64,000 bases of DNA from Schizosaccharomyces osmophilus (Eukaryota): assembly GCF_027921745.1 (NCBI RefSeq), contig NC_079238.1, positions 2,976,001 to 3,040,000 on the forward strand, in the 5' to 3' direction. Of the stretch, positions 10,908-23,635 are shown one piece after another; position 1 is the first letter of the stretch; each line of letters begins with the position of its first letter. A model generated the notes under the pieces. It had not been told where the DNA came from, ran no database searches, and was given only the letters and a program-made list of their open reading frames with translations. Made by a program: the position numbers and the translations under genes.

Positions 10908-12286
10908 TTAGATATTCTTCTTCGTTATAGGCGTCGTAGACGTTAAAACATTTGCTAATTCCTCTTGTCCAACACTAAAGAGTAACTTTATGCAAAATAC
11001 GAGTAGGCCAAAACCGATTATAGCGAACCAAAAGAAAAACTGAAATTCTATCGATATATCTTGCTTTCCACATGTTTCTCCAGCCCATTGGATCGTCCTG
11101 TTTCCACCATTACCAGCAGTGATAACGGTGGAAGCGCATTGACAAACAAAGCAAGAATCCTTATTCGCATATTTTACACATTCGCCTCTACCAGAACAGG
11201 AATTAGTTGTCTTTTTACAGGCTTCCTCCGTCATAAAGCAGCTTCCATTGGCGTTTCGATCGTTGCTGGCCACTACTCGGTCGATCTCTTCACCAAATGC
11301 TTCTAGATCAAGTTGACGCTTTTGATATCTAGCACTCCGTGCTTTTAAATCAGAAGGAGGAAGGAGAACATAATTTGTAGAAGAGTATTGCTTCAATTGC
11401 AATAAAAGCGAAATAATATTGTCCTGCGCGATCCTGTACTTTTCGGAAGTTGCACCATCAGTATGATACATTATCTAGGCTGTTAGTTTTCGATTCATAC
11501 CTTCCAAAACAATGAAATTTACCTCTAAAGAAACGATTTGACCAAAGCCGATGGAAGGATCTGCAACGTTTCCACTGTCGGACTTCATTTTCAGATACTC
11601 AATGTACTCGTACAAAGCAGCAACTTCTGACAAGAAGATTTGGTCTTGCTTTTTGTTAATATCAAAGAATGTGGCAGTTACTTTTCCAAAAAGCCTTTCG
11701 TAAAGATGTAGTAAAAGCAAGTCATCTTGCTTTATAGGATGCAATTGAAAAAGGGCATGAACTGACAGTGAACCACCCAAATCATTAGTATAAAACGTTC
11801 TGTGTTCTTTCCCATCTGCGGCATTCAATTGTTTTTGAAACCTTCGAATTAAAGCTCCAAAGGAGTTGCTGGAAGGAGTGTCTTTTATGAAGAATGTTGG
11901 GTTTATCTCTTTCACTGGTTCTTCCAGATTCAAGCCGGAAACGGTAAGAAACGTCTTGTAATTGAAATCAAAAAAAGAAGAAAGTGAATTTTCCTGTTGT
12001 AGCAACTCCTGAAGCAGCTTATCGGCCTTAGGATTTCCCTCTAGTTTATGAAACTGAGAAATGCCCAACATGTGAGCAAAAATGAGCCGCGCTTCAGAAG
12101 GATTCAGTGAAGGGACGTAGTTACTGGCTTCATCGAATGAAGATATGTAAACTACGGCGTTCGAATGCAAAGAGCCTAGTCAAATGTCAATAGAACAATT
12201 CCTACCTCCTAGCGCTTTTACAAACCTGAAACGCATGCTACAATTATCCCAAGTAGCAATGAAAACAAAAACTTAGAAAACCTCAT
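10908..12286 (-). CDS. DUF3844-family secretory-pathway membrane protein (SPBC1709.03-like), exons 12286-12226, 12175-11523, 11474-10908
   Basis: Signal peptide [35 protein letters not shown], a Cys-rich C-terminal domain (CF...[12 protein letters not shown]...CFVCQC...[12 protein letters not shown]) and then one TM helix. Confidence 0.85.
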
Positions 12287-12941
12287 CCTTATTTCCATAA
12301 AATGAATAAAGACGACGACTTTCTTTTAGAGGAGTTGGCTTTACGTGGTGATGTGTTACTGTATCAATAGGGACTAAAGGAATGCCTACTGGTAGTAGCA
12401 GGCTGATGGTAGAGCCATCGATAAATGAAGGATTCATTTGTATATTTAATTACTTTAATGAAGAAATAGAATATCAATTGCTTTTTTTTTTCTGTTTTCC
12501 TATGGGAATCGTGCGGCTGAAAGCGCACCTGCAACTACTCCAAAGACTTCTGAATAAGAAAGTTTGCTGGTAGAACTTGACCAAATCTACAGATCTAATT
12601 CTTCACTAAGGGTGGATAAGTAAAGGTGCGTCGAGTCCTATGACTCTGTTCATTCCAAGGACCATAAGATACCGGCAGAGTGATATTTAGAAGCAATATA
12701 TTATATAAATCCTTTGACGGATTCCTTTTTATTTTAGTGAATACATCATTTATCACATTCTACTTGAATGCACATAGATGAGTGCCACTTTCTCAAAATA
12801 GCAAAAATAAATTTAAAATGACCAAGCCTGCACGCTGCAATATATCTTAAGCCTTTTATTTATTTTCTTTTATATATTTAGATTCAATGAACTCTTTGAC
12901 CATAAAAATAAATAAAAACATGTTTTTCTATTTACGATGTT

Positions 12942-12952
12942 TGTTTGTTTAC
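12942..12952 (-). promoter_or_regulatory. FLEX/forkhead element GTAAACAAACA
   Basis: Plus strand reads TGTTTGTTTAC (extended TGTTTGTTTGTTTAC, 12938-12952) in the divergent DUF3844/vrs1 intergenic region. Confidence 0.5.
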
Positions 12953-13128
12953 AACTGGTGACCTATCGAATGTTACCTCAACTGCTTCAGTGAAGTGTGC
13001 TCGGCTTCATATAATTTTAAAGAAGATTGCGCAGCGGAACGTATGCTAGCAAATTTAGGGTTTTGTAAGGAAATTTTACGAATTTTATTACCAACTGTGT
13101 CTGTTATTACTACAACACAATTTTCTCA

Positions 13129-16100
13129 ATGGCAGACAAAAGTACTGAAGCTGCTCAGTCTAAGGAGGTTCAGGTATGGGCTATACGCTGCGATGGTTTC
13201 CTTTACTAATGTATAATTAGAATCCCCCAAGTTCTCATGAACCTCCAAAACCCAAAACTGAGAAAGAATGTACGTGACGAACGGAAGATAAAGCGAACAA
13301 ATGCTGACTATTCTTGAATATAGTAGAACGTGAACGTCAGAAAGCTGCAAAGCTTGAGAAGTTTCACGCCAAATTAGCCTCAAAGAAGGCTAAGGAGGAG
13401 TCCAGAAAGCCAAAGATCGAAAAGAAGTCCAAGATCGCTGAACCTACAGCTGAATTTGTGGAACAAACAAAACTTGGTGAAAAGAAGATTCTTCAAGATT
13501 TGGAATCTCCCTCTTTAAAGTCATATAATCCAAGGGCCGTTGAATCAGCTTGGTATGACTGGTGGGTTAAATCTGGATTTTTTGAGCCCGAATTTGGCCC
13601 TGACGGCAAGGTGAAAGAGGAGGGTAAGTTCGTTATAACCTCTCCCCCTCCTAATGTCACTGGTGCTCTCCATATCGGTCATGCCCTCACTATCGCAATT
13701 CAAGATTCTTTGGCTCGTTGGAATCGTATGAAGGGCAAGACTGTGCTTTTCTTGGGAGGTTTCGATCATGCAGGCCTTAGTACCCAGTCTGTCGTCGAGA
13801 AGAAGCTTTGGGCTGAAAAAAAGCAGACTCGCCACGACTACCCCAGAAATGATTTCGTCGACATTGTCTGGAAGTGGAAAGAGGAGTATCACGAACGAAT
13901 TAAGAAGCAAATGTCCCGTCTTGGTGGCTCATTTGATTGGACTCGTGAGGCTTTCACTATGGATGAGAACCTTACTCGTGCTGTCGTCGAAACTTTTGTC
14001 CGCTTGCATGAGGAAAAGATTATCTACCGTGCCAATCGTCTTGTAAATTGGTGTACCGCTTTGCAAACTACTTTGTCCAACTTGGAAGTTGAGAACGTTG
14101 AAGTGAACGGACGTACCGAAATCAAGGTCCCTGGTTATGATCACCTTGTCGAAGTCGGTGTCTTAACATCAATTGCTTATGAAGTCGAAGGCTCTGATGA
14201 AAAAGTTATCATCGCAACCACTCGTCCTGAAACTTTGCTTGGTGATACCGCAATTGCTGTACATCCTCAAGATTCTCGTTACAAGCATCTTCATGGAAAG
14301 TCTGTTAAGCATCCCTTCTGTGACCGAAGCCTTCCCATCATCTGCGACGATATTGCGGTTGATATGGAATTTGGTACTGGTGCCGTTAAAATTACGCCTG
14401 CTCATGATCCTAACGATTATGAAGTTGGTAAGCGTCACAATCTTGCTTTTATAAACATTTTGAATGACGACGGCACCTTGAACCAAAGTTGCGGCGAATT
14501 TGCTGGAATGAAGCGTTTCGATGTCCGTATCAAGATTGCTGAGCGCCTTAAGGAGCTTGGCTTGTTTGTGGGTACACAAGATAACCCAATGGTTATCCCT
14601 GTTTGCGGTAAAACATCTGATATTATCGAGCCTATTATGAAACCTCAGTGGTGGGTTAACCAAAAGGAAATGGCTAATGCTGCCGCCGAAGTTGTACGAT
14701 CTGGTGAAATTGACATTGCTCCTGAGGTCTCTCGTAGAGATTTTATCCGTTGGATGGAAAACATTCAAGATTGGTGTATTTCTCGTCAATTATGGTGGGG
14801 CCACCGTATCCCTGCCTACTTTGTTAAGCTCAGCGATGCAAAGAACCACGACAAAAGCGATGATCGTTACTGGGTTAGTGGTAGATCAATTGAAGAAGTC
14901 GAAGAGAAAGCCAAGGCAGCTTTTCCCGGTAAGTCTTTTACCTTGGAGCAAGACGAAGATGTTCTTGACACTTGGTTTTCTTCAGGCTTGTGGCCTTTCT
15001 CTACCTTGGGCTGGCCCAATGAAACTGCTGACCTCAAAGCATTTTACCCAACTGATTTGATGGAAACTGGATGGGATATTTTGTTCTTTTGGATTGCTCG
15101 TATGGTCATGATGGGTATCAAACTTACAGGCCAAGTTCCTTTCAAGCGCGTCTTTTGCCATGCTCTTGTTCGTGATGCTCAAGGACGTAAGATGTCCAAG
15201 TCTTTGGGTAATGTCGTTGACCCTATTGACGTGATTGAGGGTATCAGCCTTCAAGCTCTGCATGATAAGCTTTTGGTTGGTAATTTGGACAACCGTGAGA
15301 TCGAAAAAGCAAAGAAGGGTCAAAAGATGAGCTATCCCAAGGGTATCCCTCAGTGTGGTACCGACGCATTACGTTTCACCCTCTGTTCATTGACAAGTGG
15401 TGGACGTGACCTTAACTTGGACATTCTTCGTGTTGAAGGTTATCGTAAATTCTGCAATAAGCTTTACAATGCTACAAAGTTCGCCTTAGGACGCCTTGGA
15501 CCCTCCTTCGTCCCCAATGAAACTGATAAGCCTACTGGCAAAGAGTCACTTGTTGAAAAATGGATTTTCCATCGTTTAAATGTTGCCGTAGATGCTATGA
15601 ACAAGTATATGGAAGAGATGAATTTCTTACAAGCAACTTCTGCCGTTTACCAATTCTGGCTTTATGAGTTGTGTGACGTTTATATTGAAAACTCCAAATA
15701 CTTGATCAGTGATGGATCCCCAATTCAACAAGAGTCTGCCAAGCAAACTCTTTATACTGTTCTAGACACTTCTTTAAGATTGATGCATCCTTTCATGCCT
15801 TATGTTACCGAAGAAATGTTTCAGCGTCTTCCTCGTCGTCCTAGCGATGCTACTCCCAGTATCGTGAAGGCTAAATTTCCTGTGAGCAGAGAAGACTATG
15901 CCTTTGAGCAAGCTGCTAAGGACTACGAATCTATTATTACAGTTGTTCACTCGAGTCGTTCCATGATGGCTGATAATAGTGTTAAATCTGATGCTGTCTT
16001 GTACGTTCACCCTGGCCAAAAGCAGCAAGAGTTATTTAATGCCGAAATTGCCAGTATTCAATCTTTGATTAAGAAATGCAAATCGTTGAAGATTGTTGAT

Positions 16101-16178
16101 ACTGACTTCAAGGGTGAAAACTGTGCAAAATCGGATATTTTGGAGGGTTGTACTGTCTTTTTGGAAAAGGGTGAGTAA
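13129..16178 (+). CDS. vrs1: Cytoplasmic valine-tRNA ligase, exons 13129-13173, 13221-13269, 13324-16178
   Basis: PPPNVTGALHIGH (HIGH), KMSKS and DWCISRQLWWGH motifs. Two short upstream exons give MADKSTEAAQSKEVQNPP...KTEKELERER. Confidence 0.96.
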
Positions 16179-16305
16179 GTTAACATAAATCATAAAGTAG
16201 AATAGAAGGTTTATCATTATAATAAAAATAATTGGATATCATTAGATATAAAAATAAATACATGAGTATGAGTATATACACTGTCCCATTCACACTAGTC
16301 ATCAA

Positions 16306-19088
16306 TCAAATCTTCCGTTGAATATATGATCCAATTGAAGCAATGTTTACAATTGCAAAGAAGCATGAAGAACCAATTGTTTTAAGACAAACAAAAATCA
16401 TAAAAGCCCAAAATACAAATTTTAAGTAGCCATTATTTATGGAATCTTCACCTTGGAAGACTTGAAGCAAGATAATTGCGAGGATAAGATTGCTCAAAGC
16501 CCAAACGAGGACATAGCGTGTTCGCATATCCTGATAATAGTCTTGAGTGGTACATAAAATGGAATTAGCATTCATTCTGTTTAGAGACGCACCACTCTTA
16601 CGATCGTCGTCGTCACTTAAGCTTCGTAAGGTTGAGTTATAGATAGAATTTAACATATCAGTTTTTGGTATGGCAATCATAGCAAACTTATTTTTCTTTT
16701 CGTTCCGATATGTTTCAGTTAAATCATTGCTCGTCTTGACATCTGTGTCATTAAGAATCGAAGCATCATGCAGATGGCATAATGCATAGACTTGCTCCAT
16801 GTAGATGCGAGTCGGCAACAATAGAACATATTGCCATAAACATGTAACGAGAAAGAGTGGGTCTATCGAAATGATTGAAACGAAAATGTAACATGCTAGA
16901 ACAATTAAGCAAGGCAACATCACGTTTGTAAAATAATTGTCGCCGATAATATTATATCCATGAGATGAATGTATGAAGATGGGAATTAGAGAAACGTAAA
17001 ATATGCAAAATAAGTAATAAATCATGACTGAGATAAATATCAGCAGGCTAAGTAGGGAGAGCTTTTTAGAGCTGGACGTGTTAGAAATACATTTGATAGA
17101 TAATAGAAAATAGAAAATAGAACATACCCTCTGGAACGGTTTCCCATTGCCAAAACAAATTGTGAGAATATAGTACACAGAAATATATACTCAAAAATTA
17201 GAAACAAGGTCTTACCCCATTGTCCATAGGGGTTAAAGTACTTGAATGAAGTACTATTGCATATGAAGTGAAAAGATAAAAAGAAGTTTGCCAAATTGAA
17301 AAATCCAAATAACCTCTCTAAACCAAAAATGAAAACCTGCATAGCCATCATAAGGAACCGAAGAAAACTATGTCTTGTCTTCCACAGAGAAAAAAAGTCC
17401 GAAAGAACATAAATAGCAAGGCTGAAGCCACTATTAATATCACTTCTCTTAGCTTCCAAAACTTTCGCCATAGACCCAGGGGCTTTCACTTCGGCTTGGG
17501 CTTCAGGAACGTAATTCAGGTACCATCTCGATTGCTTTTTAGTGACAACTTTCCAAAACAACAGTTGTTCTTGGGCAACGTGTGCATTAGCTTCTAAGAT
17601 TCCTTGCTTTTTTCCTTCTGTGTTCTTTCGGGAGAAGTATTGGGTCAATGGACCGGGATCAGGAAAATCATCTAGCAAAGCAATATAGCGGAAACCATAG
17701 AAAGCATTAGACGTATTGGAAATGTAGCCCAAACAACTATCGTATGGCAGCCTAAGATCATTATAGATCATTTGATCAAAATGTTGAGAAGCGATCACAG
17801 GAGAAAGAAGCTTCTGTCCCCATTTCCCGGTTTTAATTATTGTTTTGCCGCATATTCCTCCAAGCTTAGAATTAACATCGAAACTCTTCCAAGCATGGTA
17901 TACAGACGTTGTTTCTAGTTTTGAGCCAACTTTTGCGAATAAGCAAATATTTGGTCGAACAAGTGAAGAGATACCTTGTAAAAACCACCTTTGAGAGTCG
18001 TGAGTCCCACTCTCAAATTCCTTCAAGCAGACAAGCAATTGCATAGGTGTATTCCCATTATTTCTGGTAGTAATATTCAGTTTTTCGTCCATAGAAATAG
18101 TACTGGTAAATTCATACATATGAGCTAGAACCTTCTTGCCATTAATTCTACCTTTGGAAATACACGGCTGGTATGCGCCAATAGAGGATAATAAATCCAA
18201 AATGCTTCTGTGGACCGCATTCCGGCCATCAAGCACAATACACGTCAAAACTTTTTTCCAGCTTTCATTACCCCAAACTCTTGATTTGTTGCGCTTAGTT
18301 AAATGCTTCACATTTTCCATAACACTGGATAGTGTTAATGCAAAAGATGCAAGATCTTCCTGTCCTACAGTCATACAAATTGCAGCCTGGATGTCTCGGT
18401 CAAACAGATTTGTTCTCACTTTTAGCTCATTTGCCAACATATCCTCGGGATTACAAGTCACCGCAGTATACCGAACAGAACTTGATTCTTCAGAATTTGT
18501 ATGAACTATAGAACCAAGCATATGTTTCAGGTCAGTAGGACAGGGACATTCGACAACTAAGCTATCGTGCATTATGGGGACTTCTTGCGTTTCGTGATAA
18601 AACGAGTTATTTATATTAGACGTTGAATCAAGTCCACTGAAGTTATCTTCTGACATAGCATAGTCGTATTCATGCTCATCTATGAAATTTTCCTTTTTAT
18701 CCGCATACGATCCAGCACTTAAGGTTTCTGAATCGCTACGATCAATAAATGTTTCATTAGGACGGGAATATAAATTAGACGGGCGGTCCTGATCAACCCC
18801 AATGCGATGTACTGGAGGAACAGGAGGTGTAGTTGAAGCGTTTAACACAGTAGAGTCCAAATCATAAACAGAACTTGTAATGGAAAAAGTATCTTCTTCA
18901 GGAACCTCAAGCTGTTCAGACGACACATCTTCATTTTCCCAGCTGTAACCCCCTGTACTCAAACCCTCTTCACTGGCAGGTTGATGTGTGTTCAATTCTT
19001 CAAGCTTGTGATTGTTTATGAGGGACTGTCTTTCACGCGGTGCATATATGGAATCAGTGTCATTGTAGTTAGGTAAAGGCTTCCTCAT
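16306..19088 (-). CDS. chs2: Chitin-synthase-like protein Chs2 (catalytically degenerate), exons 19088-17128, 17071-16306
   Basis: RYTAVTCNPED, WKKVLTCIVLDGR, AHMYEFT, CLKE and FVLAMGNRSRG motifs, multiple TM helices, YYQDMRTRYVLVWALSN. Intron GTATGT..CTAAC..CAG. Start codon is tentative. Confidence 0.9.
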
Positions 19089-19891
19089 GGTTTGAATTCG
19101 CTTAGCAAGCACTGATGAGTATTGTTTCAATCGATACTCTTTCTTCTTGCTTTGAGAAAACGGTAAAAATTTGGCCGGACCAACTTTTTATTAACGTGAT
19201 TCGGATATATATGCATTATATGAGTAATGATCCAAAGTAAATAGTTGTAATTGACGACAGTGATGACTGTTTACACTTCCTTTTATTTATTTATTTTTGG
19301 TTACTCTGGCAACCGCGGTTTTTTTGTTTCTTTAGTAGAGCATAATGCAATGCCATACGTAGAAATGAATGAATGATGATAGACCTTAGACAATCATTGA
19401 GAAATCAACAAGAAACATAATGATCCACTAAATACTTCTTTTTCTTTTTCTGTTTTGTTCTTATTTTTTTGTTTACCTTTTATAACCTTGCTGAAGTTCA
19501 CTATAAATAGATTACAACAATGTGTTGCATATCGGTGTATAACAGTTAAAATAACCTATAGCCTGCGGTGCATGTCGTCAAAACAGTATAACGAAACCAA
19601 AGGAGACAGAGAATTCAGAAGTAGTAAAATTGTAAATCAGATATTGAGAATAATGAGAGCTAAATGCTCTTCTTCTTCTATTTTTAAAAGTTGAATTCTT
19701 TAAAAAGGCCCTTTGCTGAAGGGTTGAGTTTCAGAGTTCATGGTAAATGGAAAGTCGTTTAGGTAAATATTGGATGATGACATTTACTACAACAAGTAAT
19801 ACTGCATTCTCCCAATACGCGTCAAGTAGGAACAAGTTGTTAGACAAGCAGTTAATAGATTATTTGTGTTTGCATTTATGAATTTCTAGTA

Positions 19892-22800
19892 ATGAACACG
19901 TTGAAAGAATCTACTGACGCGGAACGCGATCATATTGGTATGTTCACTACGAAACTCAAAGTTTTGTTTTTTGGTTTTTCTGCTCGAACTTTTCAATAAA
20001 CCTTATGACATGTATACTATGATTCTAACACAAAGGAAGAAATAGAGAATGATTTACGAAGGAAAAATTTGAATCCATCGAAGACCGCCGATGGGCAAAA
20101 TACATCTGCAGGAACTGGTCATGAATTAGACGCTGCGCAGAATAATCAAAATATCATTACTCAGGGATCTTTCGACGTCGTCTCTAGCACTAAAAAACGG
20201 CAGTTTGATGATTATCAAAAGGAGCAAGCAATTGCTTATAATAACTCTTCTTCAGTACCTCCTAAATCTGGCAACTTGGAGACAGATGAAGGTCTTGCCG
20301 CCATGACTTCCTCGAATAGTCGACCATTGGATGTTAATGACGCTCTTTCTTATCTCGAATTGGTAAAGTATTATTTCTCAGAAAAGCGAGAGGTATACAA
20401 TGAATTTTTGGAAATTATGCGCGATTTTAAGTCCCAAAGGTAAGTTTTATTTTTCTTCCATCATTCAATAAGAATTCGGTTCGTTTTTCTTTTTCCCTAT
20501 GAAATTTTTCTACTTAATTACCCGCTAGATCTGTCACTAACTTTCATCTAGTCTGGATACTCTGGGGGTAATCGATCGAGTTGCAACTTTATTCAATGGG
20601 TATCCGCAGCTCATTGAAGGTTTCAACACTTTCCTTCCTTCTGGCTATAAAATTGAAGTTCATACAGATTCTTCTAACACTAGCGTTGTTCGGATCGGCA
20701 CTCCCATGCACCCACTGAACACAAGTTCAAACGCTCCCTCCAACGTTGCACCTTCCACTAACTATGTCGAATTACAACAACCTTCCATCTCTGAAACTCA
20801 GCTTGGAAAAGAATCTCCATCTTCTAATGATAATGCATCCGCATTACCTTCAAAACCCCAAGTAGATTTTAATTATGCTATTGCTTACATGAATAAAGTT
20901 AAGGAAAGGTATCCACCTAACTCTGAGACATATATGGAATTTTTAGGTGTTTTACGGACATACCAAAAAGCTGAAAAGTCCATTCATGAAGTTCGTGCTC
21001 GTGTATCCGAAATCTTCTCAGATTCCCCGGACCTTTTGGACGAGTTTAAGCTTTTTTTACCAGATAATTCTGAACCTACAGAAGTTCAACAAAGTGAAGG
21101 TGTTCCGGCGCCTAATGCATTACCTCCTGTTGGAAACTTCACCTTACCTTCTGCTGCCCAGGTGCGAGAGCGACGACTGCGCCCAGCACATTCAGCACAG
21201 ATAGGACGATCTATCTCAAAAACCTCAAAAAACGTTCGTCAATATCACGACGAGTTACCAGCTGCTTATACAATCCCTAGTTATCAACAGAAAACAAGTC
21301 CTGTTTCTCATTATGCCGCTACTCAAGAGGAATTATTGGTTTTCAGTTCTATAAGACAACATCTCTCTGATAATTTTTCTTTCCATAAGTTTATGGAATT
21401 ACTGCACCTTTATAGAGAAAAGTTAATGGATAAAACAGACTTACTAAATTCGTTTTCTAGACTTGTCAAAAACGACAACTTAACGTTGTGGTTTGCAAGC
21501 TTCATTGGATGGAATGATAGTCCGATAGTAGTGAAAAACATTCCTATCGACGACTCTCGTTATATTTCCGAAACTTATGAATCTGTTGGTTATTCATATC
21601 GAAGAATTCCTCAAGAAAAACAAAATGAAACTTGTTCTGGTCGGGATGCTCTGTCGAATTCAGTTCTTAATGACGAGTACATTTTAGTTGCTCCTAAATT
21701 GACTGGTATAAAAAATGTCAGGCATTCTGAAAATCAATACTTGCAAGCTTTGCAACTGGTAGAAGACGAACGTTATGAATACGACCGAATACTCTCAATT
21801 AACCAGAGGACTATAAAGTTATTGACAGAACTATGTGAACCTGTTAATGATGAAGCCCCCACGAAGTCTGTAAGTAAAGTTTTAGACCGGAAAGTCTTAA
21901 TACAATCAGCTTTGCAAACTGTTTACGGAAAAGAACATTCGCTGAAAGCATTTGACGCTCTTGCTAAAAGGCCAATAAAGGCAGCTCCTGTTTTACTGAA
22001 GCGTCTAAAGCTAAAAGATCAAGAATGGAGACGTTGTAAAAGAGAATGGAATAAGATTTGGCGTCAAATTGAACTTAAAAACTCGTCACTAGCATTGGAT
22101 GAACGTTGTTGCAAAATTGAGGGCAAGGATCGAAGGGCACTTTCTTACAATAGGATTTTAAACGAAATTGATGGTATTTATCAACGTCAAAAGCATTGCA
22201 TCGGCCAGGCCATACAAGGGTTCCAATTTAGCCAAGTATTAGGTGATCGGCAAATTTTCTTGAATATCTTAAGGTTAAGTGATGCACAACTTTCCAACTC
22301 ATCGTTTTATTCTTACGCGGATAAAGGAAGAATCAGCGCTGTTCTTAAAGCGTTGCTATCACAGTTCTTTGGGATCCCACTTCCTAGAGAAACTTTAGAA
22401 AGCGATCTTTCTTCTGAAAATATAGAGTCTGTTCAAAAACATCGTGATGGACTGAGCAAGATTTTTGTACACCCGGAGAGTGCCGATAACAGCAACACAA
22501 CCCAAATGAGCATTCAGACTGATGACACCCAGACAGAAGATGACACCATGAGTGATATTAATCCGATGGATTCCGATGCTCAAGTAAAAATGAAGTTGCA
22601 AGGAGAAGAATTGAAAAATGTATTTGGATATAACTTTTTTGGAAATGCGACCATGTACGTGCTGTTTAGATTGATTTGCGTTTCTTACTCTCGACTTGAG
22701 CAAATAAAGAAGTATATTGAAGCTTCGGATATAGCTGAATCTATTAATTACGATAGCGTACTGGAAACGTGCGAGAAATATTTAAAGGGCGCTCTTTCTG

Positions 22801-23549
22801 GAAATGAGTTTCACAGTTATCTTCAAAAACTAAATAATGATGCTTGTTATATGATCAGTTCTATAGAACGGTTATTAAAAGTGGTATTCTATCGAGTTCA
22901 TGAGATCTTGCTGGATCCCAAACTTGGTCAACTTTTACTTTTATTCGAATCTGATGGAGCGCATTCAGTGACAACTGCTCGAGAACAGATGATTTATAGA
23001 AATCATGTGGAAACCATTTTGGCGCCCGATACCAAGGTTTTCAACATGCGTTGGTATCCTTTGGAGAAAAAGCTTTGCATTCAACAATTGCTCCCAGCTG
23101 ACCTTACTATTCATAAATTTGATGATCCGGCTAAAGAATTCATGTATTATGTGGATAGCTATGCCATTTCCCATATTACGGAAGGTATTGACTTGATGCA
23201 GGTAAAAATGCCTTTTTTAAAAAGGTCACTGCAATTGATCTCACAGAAGGGATATCTCGCTGGCCGAGAGTCTAGCAGTTTGCATTCACTTTTTAATGAG
23301 CGCTTTTGCAAGTCAAATTTACAGTTGTTTTTCTCAACAGATACGTATATGATTTTTTTTGAGTCTAACACAGAAAATGTTTATATCAACTCTTATAACT
23401 TATGGGTTGGTCAAAGCTCAAAACGCCGCAACCAAAAGAGAACGGCACGTTGGCAAAAATGGCTTGGACAGCAGCTTGCCGAAAATACAAGTCAAGAATT
23501 ACAATCCGCTACTTCTTTGGATCAGGTTCTTCTTTCTCCGTCATCGTAA
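19892..23549 (+). CDS. pst3: Sin3-family co-repressor Pst3, exons 19892-19937, about 20040-20439, 20552-23549
   Basis: PAH1 ([17 protein letters not shown]...[40 protein letters not shown]), PAH2 ([14 protein letters not shown]) and HID domain ([25 protein letters not shown]). The intron 1 acceptor was chosen to keep frame. Confidence 0.92.
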
Positions 23550-23635
23550 TGTACAATAAAATAATTGTTATCTCAAATAGGAAAAAAAGGAAATGTATAT
23601 ATTAATTTTTATTGACAATATATCTAAAGGCAAAC

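Noticed and set aside
13545..16217. Many 60-200 aa overlapping or antisense ORFs within vrs1 (likewise in mas5, atp3, pst3, esf1)
   Set aside because: These are shadow frames of real genes with no recognisable motifs.
19916..19930. ACGCG pair as MCB-like elements before pst3
   Set aside because: They fall inside pst3 coding exon 1 (DAERD).
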